Of a stretch of DNA of 25,346 nt, positions 12,190-23,456 are shown one piece after another. The first letter of the stretch is position 1. Each line of letters begins with the position of its first letter. The notes beneath the pieces are model-generated. The model was not told the origin of the DNA and did no database searches. It worked only from the letters and a program-made list of their open reading frames with translations. Source of the stretch: Paramecium tetraurelia (taxonomy: Eukaryota); the NCBI GenBank assembly GCA_000165425.1, contig CT868474.1, positions 434,001 through 459,346 on the forward strand. The letters run 5' to 3'. Made by a program: the position numbers and the translations under genes.

Positions 12190-12361
12190 TTATTAATAAA
12201 CAAAATAAATTAATATCAAAATTCATTGAAGACAGTGAGATCTTCGAAAACATATTAAATCATTCTTTATAAATTTTGTAATTCTTTTTCCATATTGAGC
12301 CTATTGTCTAAAAGAATCCTTTAAAAGTAAGTTATAAATAAAGAATTTAATTAAAATTCTA

Positions 12362-14857
12362 ATGGGAGCTAATCAAAGTAATCAACAAGCATAACACGAA
12401 AAGAAGCGTCCAAGAAAGAGAGATCTCTTGATGGGCTTGTGTATGAGTTAACTACAACCCAAGGATGCATAAGCGAGAAGCAGATTGTAGAAGAGTCTTT
12501 CTGAGAATATGAAATGTCAAACACAGGACATATTAACGTAATTTATTTGTTTACATTCTTAGTAAGATGAGTGATGAGGAAATGCCTAAACATTCAATTA
12601 AAATATTACAATACTTTTTAAATTTCCTTTCAATCAAGGAGTGCATACAACTCAAACTGGTTAATAGAAAACTGAAATTCATGATCGAAATGAGTAGTAA
12701 CATTTACTCAAACTTTCTCAGCCAGTATTATTTGAGAAAGTTGTAGTTACACTGTTTTGTAGAATATGGATTACATCGGGGATTTGCGTCTGTATTCTCT
12801 GAACAATTATTGAATATTGAGACAAACTAAGATGAATCCTGGATACGGATATATGCAAATTTCCATAAAAGCATGTAATTAATTTTTTAGATTATTCCTT
12901 AGATCCTAATTGAGGAGAATTGAAGAAGAAATATCGTCTCATTTCAGCATAGATTATTCCATAACAGAAAAAATACTAGAAATCTGCAGAAATCCCACAT
13001 TCCCTATTCCAATTTTGACTGATGACGTACTTAAACAATCAACCACAAGTTGGTTTCAGTTAGAGCTTGCCCAAAAAACAACTGACTACAGTGCTGTAGA
13101 AAGAGTCCCTCTCTTAGATTAATTGACAGATAAATTATATGCAGAATGTGAGGCCACTTTCAATAAAGACAATATAATACACACTCAATTATTATTTGAA
13201 TTAAGATGGATTATCATAGACAACTTCATAAAGGATCCAAGTTCTTTAGAATAACATAATGTTCCAATATTGCTTAAGTTACTGGCTCAACTACTTCATT
13301 TCATTTATCAAAGATGCATTTTTAGTAGAAATGTCTTGACCATCATTAAGCAAAACAAGAAGCCAGCCTTATTTTTAAATATGTATTCAGTGTTGTGGGA
13401 ATCATTCATCGGAATTGTTTGGGCACTAAATAGATCCCTTAAGAAGATGTATAATAAATTGGATTAGTTATTTAATAAATACTACACAACTTAATTTCCT
13501 TAAATCACATTCACTAGTGCACTGGTCAGATTATGGACATAGATTGTTATCAAAGGAACCAAGAATGTTGAAAATGATCCTATAGAAAATGAATTGTTCT
13601 TATCGTTTGATACAATTTTGAGAAATAAAAGAAATTTATTATTTGAGTATTTCACCAAAGATTAAATCCAAAACCAGAAACAATCAATAAGTCATATTGT
13701 TGATGATGATTATTTTAAATACTGTTCAAGTGCAGTTGATAGTTTGTTAAACAAATTTACCTCAAATATCCTTGACTTGTCCTTGCATGAACAAAGTATT
13801 CATTGGATTGGACATTCTTAAGTTAAAGTTGGATAACTCTATGGATCCATCTTAGAAATTGTAGTCAAATAGACAAATGAACTTTACAATCAAGCATCCA
13901 TATAATTCTCTACAAACTTTACCGTCTTTAAAGATTACATATAAGGTATTTAATATCATTTATATCTTAGCTGAAACCAGATACATGTAAGAAATCCTGA
14001 ATTAATGGACTGTATAAGTGTGCATCTTACCAATCGGAATAAATTACTTGTATGACAAAATTAAAATCAATCTCAGACAATATGTTCTATCTTGCTAATT
14101 AAACTCCTGCATTGTAGAGTAAAGTAATTTTGAGGAGAATATTTTGGAATCTTAAATTATACCCCCAAATCTTCAATTTATCAAATTTAATGAACCAGAT
14201 GAATTATCTTCAAGAATTGAGAGAGAAGATTCTATTTTAGAAAGTTTCATTTGCTAAATATTGAAAGAAGAAATGCCACAAACTGTAGGAGTGTCTCAAT
14301 TGGTTTAATAACATCAACAATAATCAATTTACTAGCAATAGTTCAATATGCCTAAAATCTCCTCAACTAAGCAGCAAAGCATTATTGAAGGAGATTACAG
14401 TAAACTCAGAATGCTTTCAACTTTCTCTGCAAGTACTAGAGTTAGTTAAGTTACATAACTTACTAGTGTTCTTAGTTAATAGATACTTTCATCCATAAGA
14501 TCAAACCTCAATATGTTCTAAGTTAAGGATATTAGATATAAATTGGAGAACAATTAATGGGCCACTTATTTGAAGGACATCCATGTTTTGGAAGTAGAAA
14601 ACAAAATCAAAATTGATAAGAGAAACAACCAAATCTAAATGAGAAATTTCATGAGACAAATACCTTAAGATTTAGAAGAATCATTCAACAATATCATCGA
14701 CTTTACAAAGATTTGGAATTTGTTAGATACTCAAAACATCTATTTATCAACAGACGATTTGGCCAATATTGAAATAAATAAACAGTTTCCTTAAAGAGTT
14801 TTCAGCGAAATCCAATTCGGAGATGGGCTGTTTGCATCATATTTCTAATAAGTATGA
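12362..14857 (+). CDS. N-myristoylation-motif F-box protein with cullin-repeat-like central region
   Basis: Starts MGANQS (MGxxxS). F-box-like segment ILQYFLNFLSIKECIQLKLVNRKLKFMI at about 12600-12690. Helical middle region. Introns near 12538-12562, 12875-12902 and 13946-13970. TGA 14855-14857. Confidence 0.8.
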
Positions 14858-15027
14858 TTTACTGTATTAGAAGTGATTGTTTATTTAAGTAATTCATTAT
14901 TAATTATTCTTTATTCTCTATTTGAAATTCATCTAATAATTTTACTATTCTAGCCTTGAAATGTGTAAAATTAACAAATATACTAATTCTAATATTAATT
15001 AATGATCAATTTTATTTATTTTGATAA

Positions 15028-16724
15028 ATGGGAAAAAATTTCAATATCTCCAAATAGCTGGTTTATATCCTGATATCAACTGCTGTCGTTGGAGAAATAG
15101 CCTCCATTATTAGATTCTGCTTCATTTCTAAAAGCTAACCCGTTGTTGGAACTTCTGAAGGTAATTTAAAATAATTCTAAATAGGATGGTTTGGCATTAT
15201 GAAAGACACTTCCGATCATTAATGGAACGCTTATCAGTAGAATCTTTAAACGATCCTTCTTTTTTAATTTTTTTGTCTGTTAGGATCATTTTTAATTAAA
15301 AAAATCTCGAATAATCAAACTTAACTTAAAAATCTATAATACTTCAACATCACAATAGGTTTGATTTTCAGTTTTGTGGCAATGAGTTTTGGAGTTATCT
15401 TCTAATTTGCAGTTTTGATGATTTTCTATATTTTACAAAAGGTATTTTAATCACTATACTTAGTATTTAATTAATTTTAAATACTTTGTTTTATCCCTAT
15501 GGGCATTTGTTATGGTATTTTTGTATCTCAACGAAACACTTAATGGATTCAATTAAAAAATGATTTCTCCTCACTTAGAAATACTTGATTAAATCTAAGA
15601 GGAATAATAATAAATTTAATGGCACCGTCTCTTCAACTTAGTTTTATTGAGAATCATAAGTTTTTCCCTTGATCACTATTGGGCAGTCTAAGAAACAAGA
15701 GAGTATTATATTTAATCGAATTTAGAAATTAAATTAAATCAATACCACCCAAGACTTCTGGATAAGAGTATCGAGACTTAGTAAAGTAAAACTAGGATAT
15801 ATCTGAATACAATTTTCTTGGGTACCTTGCATACATATATTATACTCCTTTATTTATTACAGGACCTACGATTACATTTAATGCATTCAACGCTTAATTA
15901 AAATAGAGGTAATAAGCAAATAAAAATCTCAAAGAAGTAATTTATTATGTACTTCGTGTGTATGTATTGAATTTGTTAACATTTGAAATATTTCTGCACA
16001 TCTGTTATCCTAATGCTATATCAAATATAAAAGAGAATGCTCATATTTGGTAATCTTTATCATTTTATGATTTTCATGTTATGTCATTTGTTAATTTAAT
16101 TTTCATATGGTATAAATTTATGATTATCTGGCGAATATCGAGAGCCTGGGCTTTGATTGACGGTATTACATTAGAATTAACCTGTATATAGGGATAGAAG
16201 TACCTGAGAATATGAGCAGATGCATCTATAATAATTACAACTTTAGTGGATTTTGGAGATCATGGCATAGAAGCTTTAACTAATGGTTAATTCGATACTT
16301 GTATATACCTTTGGGCGGTTCACATTACAAAGCATTAAACATTTGGGTTGTTTTCTTGTTTGTTGCATTCTGGCATGATTTCAAGAGTGATTTATTCTTT
16401 TGGGCCTTTATCATTTGCTTGGCCTTATTACCAGAGATGGCTGCAATGTACTTTTTTAACAGAGAACAATATTATAAATTTTGGTGGTTCAAATATTTAA
16501 CTGCAATAGCGGCAGGATTCTAGATTGAAGTCATGAGTCTAGCAAATTTTATTGGATTTGGGTAAGGAAAAGATTGTCTGAATCATATTTATTAAAAATA
16601 TTTCAATTTAGATTGTATGATCATTTTTATCTTGGTGGCCATTTTTAGAAACGGTAGTGGTGTTATTTTAGGATTGTACGTTAGATAAAAAGAAGAAGAA
16701 ACATAAAAAGTTAAGAAATATTGA
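15028..16724 (+). CDS. Membrane-bound O-acyltransferase (MBOAT), GUP1/HHAT-like, copy 1 (532 aa)
   Basis: Motifs [75 protein letters not shown] and FVAFWHD (catalytic His). Introns 15161-15184, 15442-15463, 15703-15725, 16163-16191 give an in-frame 1599-nt CDS. Confidence 0.93.
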
Positions 16725-16763
16725 ATGGATGTAAATTAATCAACAATATATTATTATATTAAT

Positions 16764-18470
16764 ATGAGATAACAATAATCAAATAAATCCTTTAATATCT
16801 CAAATCCTACCTTTTACATATCATTGGCCAGCATGATTGCCTTTGAATCTTATTCTCTCTATCGATTTTCATCGATCTGTAAATCAAATTAGGTAGAGGG
16901 AATCGAACAAGGTATTTTAATATTTAATTATAAAGGCTATTTTGGATTCTTCAGGGATCATTCAGATGCTCAATGGGGAGAGTTTGCTGGACATTTGGCT
17001 GAATTAATGGCTTTTCAACTCATTTTTTTGATTGGCTCATATGCTGTTAAATATTATAGTAAATTAGAAAGCAAATAAAGAAACTTATAATATTATAATA
17101 TTTGTCTAGGAATGAGCTACGCTTTCTATTTACATAATATAGGAATGATTTTTTAATTATCCATTATCATAGGGTTTTATTTATTCCAAAAAGTAATTAA
17201 ATACTTATCTTAATACTAGATATTTTATAAAATGAAATATTTCATCCCCGTTTTATGGACTCTAGCATTAGTGACTCTATGGTCTAACGAGACTTTTCAA
17301 GGATACTCATTTGCTATGATATCACCTTAATTAAAATTCTTAGAAGATTTCAAACATAACAATTAACTTGTGAGATGGAACCTAGTATTTAACATGATTT
17401 TATTGAGAATTATTAGTTTCTCAGTTGATAAAGTTTGGGCTTCTTAATCAGATGCCAAATACAAGTAAACTTTTGATAATTCAAAAAGATATGATTTAAT
17501 ACATGAGAAACAAATACTCAAAACATATAGGGAGAGAGTATAAGAACCACAACCAATAGAGGAATATAACTTTTTGGGTTATCTTAGCTTTTTATTTTAT
17601 GTTCCTCTTCTTTTTTCAGGGCCATCTATGGGTTATAATGCTTTCAATTCTCAATTGAAAATTCCCTAATAACAGTTGAATCGAGCATAAGTCTTAAAAT
17701 ATATCCTAAGAGTCTATTTTCTTGATTATTTAACTTTTGAACTTTTTCTACATGTATGTTACCCTAACGCTATTCCAAAAATTGCTGGTAATTTTAAAAT
17801 TCTGAAAACTTTTTCTGTTTTTGAATTACATGTAATGGGTTTCACAAATCTCATCTTTTTATGGTACAAATTTCTGACGATATGGAGAATAGCTAGAGGA
17901 TGGGCATTATTGGATGGTATTTAATATTCTATAGTAGGAATTGAGACACCTGAAAATATGAATAGATGCATTTATAACAATTATAATTTTAGTGGATTTT
18001 GGAGATCTTGGCATAGAAGCTTCAATTAATGGTTGATTAGATATATATATGTTCCATTGGGGGGCTCCAAATATAAATCATTGAATATGTGGGCGGTCTT
18101 TACTTTTGTTGCCTTATGGCATGATTTCAAATTAGACCTTTTGCTTTGGGCTTGGATTATATGTTTAGCTTTGATTCCAGAAATAGCTTTACAAAAATAT
18201 TTCGATAAGGAATATTTCTATAAAAAGCCATGGTTTATTTGGTTATGTAGATTAGGAGGAGGATTTCAGATTGAAATGATGTGTTTAGCTAATCTTATTG
18301 GATTTGGTAATGGACATGAAGGTATGAATTTTGTGCTTGAAAAATATATGAGTTGGGAAGGCTTAATATGCTTCATATTCTATTGTGTTATTAGAAATGG
18401 ATGGGCAACAACTATTCAATTTAGAATAAGGGATGATGAAAAAGCAGAGCAAAATGAAAAAAACTTTTGA
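16764..18470 (+). CDS. Membrane-bound O-acyltransferase (MBOAT), GUP1/HHAT-like, copy 2 (tandem paralogue)
   Basis: Motifs [55 protein letters not shown] and FVALWHD. Candidate introns 16912-16935, 17193-17219, 17465-17488, 17917-17937 at positions equivalent to copy 1. TGA 18468-18470. Confidence 0.93.
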
Positions 18471-18479
18471 GAGGTTTTA

Positions 18480-18950
18480 TTATTTAAATTTATCCTTAAT
18501 ATCTGTTTTTCTAAATCAAGTTCTCGATTGTTGGCCTTATCTTTATATTCCTACGCTATTTCCATATTTATTAATTTTGGTGTTAAATCGTTTTTAATTA
18601 ACATCTTTTGCTCTAACAAGAATTAATATTAGAATATATTATTCTAAAATATAAATAAATTTTAAGATTAATCCTTGTATTCTAAATTCATCTTTTCAAT
18701 AATATTAATTCTAGACTATTTATATTGACTCCTATTTACTCTTCGAACAGTAAATCAGTATTCATATTAATTTTGAAGGTATCTCTTCAAATCTTCTATA
18801 ATACAAATAATTATTCCTTCACTGCTTATTTAAGATTTATACTGTTCCAATTGATAATTAATCTATTACTACTTCTCAATTAAAGTTGATAAAAATGTGT
18901 AAGTATAATATTATATACTCATATAATTATTTATTATTTTGACACTCATT
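18480..18950 (-). pseudogene. Possible decayed coiled-coil gene fragment
   Basis: One minus frame reads EKQQQINYQLEQYKSQ...YLQNQYEY*FTVRR...IIEKMNLEYKDQ...EIAQEYKDKANNRELDLEKQILR, with an internal TGA near 18755 and no clean start or stop. Confidence 0.25.
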
Positions 18951-19204
18951 AATTAATAATTTCTCAGCTGCATAAATGGCTTCCTTATTATTAGATATAA
19001 CTAATTTGAAAATTTATTTTTGTAATGTATCTTCTTTGAGAAATTTTTAAATATTTTATAATTGAGCTTTATTAAATGGAGAATTTATCATTTTCAAAAA
19101 ATATCAAATTATATATATATTGTAGGTCAAACTTACAAGAACGAATAGGAATAATTTAGATATGATTTAGTATTAATATGCTTATTATAATCAACTTACA
19201 CATT

Positions 19205-21236
19205 TCAATCCGATAAATCCTAAATCTAAGTTCTTACTGTTCGACATTTCTATTTAATGTAATAATTATACATTACTTTTTATAGATGTTTTTTCAGGAT
19301 TTTGAACGTATTAAATAGATATTGATGTTTAATATGTTAAGTTTCGTCTAAAGTGTGAACTGGATCATACTATGATGCATATTCTTTCAATTTCTCTGGT
19401 TTAATAATTTATTTATTTTGAAATATTTTTTTTTCCAATTTTCGAGTCATCAAAACTTTGAAGAGTATAATATAACCTAGCATTCCGAAGATCAATATTG
19501 GGTTATTAAAAAAGAAAAAATTTTACAAACAATACATTATATAAAAGAGTAAAAACTACTACTTTTATATTTCTAAAGCATTATCATCTCCCCATGAATT
19601 TTAGAATGGAATACAATTCTTAACAAAAATAAATTTGTCAATCCAATATATAGTACAAAGAGCTATTATGATAATAGGGGCAATCAAAGGTAAGTCGATA
19701 ATAAATATTTACCCAATTAAACAGATTTAGAAGACGTTATATTATTTTTATTCAAAAGATAATTGTCTTGCTTCAAAAAATTTATTAATTTCTATTTATG
19801 CTAAATTGTTCTTTTAATATCTTCTCATATACAGTTTGTTAAACTACTTAGATAGATATTTGAAGTCAAATATTGTAATTAGATTCGGTAAAAGGATATT
19901 CAAATAGCAAAGTACAATTAGATTATCAATAATTCCATTTTCTTACAGATATGCTTCTTAATTGGTTGTAGGATAAAATAACCTATTTATATTTTTAAAA
20001 CCAATGACTTGAAACTACTTAAATAAAGATAAATACAGTGAAATATATTTACTGGTAATTGTTATGATGAAGCAACCTTTTGGCTATCATACTTGAAATA
20101 TGCATTTATAAATATAATAGAATTTAAAACAGAATTTTGAGGAAATTTCCTTCTCCTAGAGTAGATTTTGAGTTTAAATAATTTGCTTATATGTAGACAT
20201 TTAATGCCAAAGATAGAATAGTTACTAAAGCAGAAATGACAATTGCAAATATTTTTAGAATGGCTTCCCAAATAGTTTTTGCATGATTTTAAGTTATATA
20301 ACTTTGCACTCCATCTGGTACAATAATTTCAGTATTTTCTGTTTAGAAGCAAATTTTTTCGTTCTATATATAAGTCTATATTTACTTCTGAAGGAAAGAT
20401 GATTATGGTTCCTTATTGTATTAGTTAAGGATTTATTTTTTCTTAAAATATAGCTTTCTCTAATACATGGCATTAACTATAAAGTATTCAAAAATTGATA
20501 CTTATCAAGATTAAGAAAAACGTAATTTCCTTCTGCTTGGACTTAAATAGACTCTTAAAATTTATCTAAACTATGCACCTTGATATATGAATGATTTTAT
20601 AATGTTTCCATTTCTTTATTTTGAACACAATTTGTCATTACTGATTACAAAAGAACGGCTCTCGAGTATGAATTGCTAAGGAAGGATTTGTATTGATTTC
20701 CAAATATCATTAGATAAACCCCTATCGAGCTTAAAAATATTGTTAGAAGGTAAAAGGTTTATAAATAAAAGTCATCCAACTAAAAGTAATCTTAAGTTTA
20801 ATTCCATATGGAGAACTTATTGTAATAGCTTGGTATGCAATTTTTCATTTTTTCACATTAATCACCTTGAGAATTGAAATATAAAGCATAAGGCAGAAAA
20901 ATAACACTAATAATAATTATTTAATACCTTGAAATGCAGAATAGAAATATAAACTATTGGAGTTGTAAAAAGTATAAATATGCAGCCCGATTATGTTTGA
21001 ATTCTTTAATATTGCAAAATAAGTTAAAATAGTCTTGAATCAAATGAGAATTACAACACTAACACCTTTAAGAATCAATTTGAAAACCTTTATGAATCCT
21101 ATATACTTTCTTTAATCAGAAAAAATTGTACTCCATGCAATTTTGCTTGTTGTAGGTTAGGGGAAAAATAGTGTTTTTGGAAACCATCTGTAGGTAGCGC
21201 TTGAGTTCCTATATCTAATAAATTCTTTTCTTCCAT
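19205..21236 (-). CDS. Multi-pass membrane protein, CSC1/OSCA/TMC-like ion channel superfamily (divergent)
   Basis: ATG 21236: MEEKNLLDIG...FSPNLQQAKLHG, 22-nt intron, ...RCQCCN...AAYLYFLQLQQFIFLF...FNSQGDQC...NC. C-terminal region INKFFE...IDLPLIAPIIIIALCTIYWIDKFIFVK. Many hydrophobic helices. TGA 19205-19207. Middle exons only partly traced. Confidence 0.72.
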
Positions 21237-21299
21237 TTAAGAGAAATTTTAAAAGATGAATAAATTTCTCTTTTTAAAATTCTGAAATTCTTACTTTTA

Positions 21300-22726
21300 T
21301 TTTTTGTTAAAAGGCGTTATTCATAAATTGCAACAAGAATTTTGATTATTTTCTATTTCTGGCACAATAACATTTATTTTCAATACCTTCATTAATTGGT
21401 TACTTCTTTGGTTTTCTTCTAATTGAATTTTCAATTCTACACCTAAATTCTATAACCAATAATTACAGAATCTTCATCATTAGAAAATATATTTTTCGCT
21501 TACTAAGAGTTTAAACTATTCTACTTTTACAATTCTAATAAGATAATTTTGCTTGATTAATTTCAAAAGAAAAGTTAAGCTTATTTTAGGAGCTAGAGTT
21601 ATGATTAGACTGTAGCAAATAGTTGGATCATGGGATTAAATTGAGGAAAATAGAACTTGATGAGTTCTGAGGAATTTTTGCTACTCAATAATTCTGATTA
21701 ATTCTAATTCTGTGTTATTTTATGATTGAAACCATGAGGCATTAATCTATCTCAAGCATTGGAAGATTTATTGAATTTTAGAACTCCTAAGATATAACTA
21801 AATTCATTTTGGAATAAGATAAAAATTTATAATTAGGCAATAAATCGAATTAACTAAATATTAAATTCTAATAAATATAAGTCTATGAATTTAATAGTTA
21901 ACGGTGTATGGGTTGCATCAATATGGGACAACTTTAAAGGTTGAACATTTACTTTTCATTTTCTTAATTCTGAAGGAAGGAGGGACTTTTAAAAAGATTA
22001 TTTGGAGAGTTGATTGAAAGAAATACAATGGAAAAACTATAGGTATTGATTATTCTCCAATTAAGAAACCTTGATTCAATATATCTTTTGATCCCAATAA
22101 ATGAAACATCTTTTAACCCTTAATTTAACAATAGGCTTATAATGAAATTGCAGAAATTAAGTATAAGACTCCAAAAACAAAATTTCCCTTTGAGGCTTTC
22201 ACTCATTGAAAATATATAAAATAGGAAAAATATGAATTGTTATTTTAAATTACGAAAAGAAATAATCATCATTTAATGTTATTAAACCATTGACTCAAGA
22301 TATTTTCCATCATCTTTTAGTTAATAATAAAAAACCAATAATTACTCGAAAGAATTTCTAGGTTATAAATCGCAACTTTTAGGAGAGTTATATGATGAGA
22401 CAAAACATATAAGTATAAATAGAACACAATTGATTTTCCTTAAATTAGGCATTTACACCTTATATAAGCGCGCAATTTGGGATAGTTTTAATTATAAATT
22501 CAGCCCAAAGGAAGTTGAAAATTGATTCCATTATTGAAGCTATTATTAATAAGATACAAATTTTGGATGTAATACTAAAGATTTCTTAATATGAAAAATG
22601 AGAAAATTCAATTTTGATCAAGAATAAGAGAGAGATCTAAGATAGTCAACAAAAAATAGGCGATTCATATTAAGGAGCCTTAGAAGAACTATTGAGATTA
22701 CTTCTAGGTCTCTTTTGTCATTTTGG
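21300..22726. pseudogene. Unresolved coding-like region: degraded gene or low-quality sequence
   Basis: Protein-like stretches occur on both strands (e.g. + GINLSQALEDLLNFRTPKIQLNSFWNKI...GVWVASIWDNFKG) but are broken by repeated TGA codons and frame changes that canonical short introns do not repair. Confidence 0.3.
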
Positions 22727-23265
22727 NNNNNNNNNNNNNNNNNNNNNNNNNNNNNNNNNNNNNNNNNNNNNNNNNNNNNNNNNNNNNNNNNNNNNNNNNN
22801 NNNNNNNNNNNNNNNNNNNNNNNNNNNNNNNNNNNNNNNNNNNNNNNNNNNNNNNNNNNNNNNNNNNNNNNNNNNNGGTTTTTTTTCGCATCATTTATAG
22901 GAAGAGTATAAGAATAATGACACAAAACATTAAAAGTAATAATAGAACAAAAATTGATTTTCACTTAAATTAAGACAGTTTAAACAACTTTTATAATATA
23001 ATTAAAAAAGTTTATATTAAAAATTACATGCCCTTTTGGATTGATGTAAATAAGATACCTTAAATGAAGCTATTTTTCATAAGATTAATCTTATGAATGT
23101 TATAATAAAAAATATCTATAAATATAGAAAAAAGAGAAAATTAAAAATTATAAAAAAGAATAAAAAAAAAATCTAAAAAAATCAAAAAAAAATAGGCGAT
23201 TCAATATAAAAATGCCTTAGAAGAACTATTGAAATTACTTAATAGATCTCCTTTTTATCATTTTA
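22370..23265 (+). repeat. Imperfect direct duplication (about 22370-22724 vs about 22885-23264) spanning the gap
   Basis: Collinear matches, e.g. aaatagaacacaattgattttccttaaatta vs aatagaacaaaaattgattttcacttaaatta, and aataggcgattcatattaaggagccttagaagaactattgagattactt vs aataggcgattcaatataaaaatgccttagaagaactattgaaattactt. Confidence 0.8.
22727..22876. other. Assembly gap (150 N)
   Basis: Run of N characters. Confidence 0.99.
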
Positions 23266-23456
23266 AAGAGAAGCAATTCAAGATTCAATTATATAGTTCT
23301 AATATTCTTTTTTACACAGAATTTTAAAAATTTGATCAAATAATGTTTTTTAAATTTTTTATTTGATAAATTTAAATAGAAGTTTGATGTATCTGTTGGA
23401 CAACAACTAAATAATTACTCCCCCCTGGGGGGTGAGTGAATTAATTATTAATATAT

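Noticed and set aside
1322..18470. Peptide-maturation cluster linking the Cys-rich peptide, protease and MBOATs (Hedgehog/ghrelin-like acylation)
   Set aside because: The genes are separated by unrelated genes over more than 13 kb and ciliates lack operons. Nothing in the sequence links them.
20062..20271. ORF-track - strand 69-aa ORF
   Set aside because: Off-frame reading inside the CSC1/OSCA-like gene.
22692..22973. Four ORF-track ORFs containing X runs
   Set aside because: Artefacts of translating through the 150-N gap.
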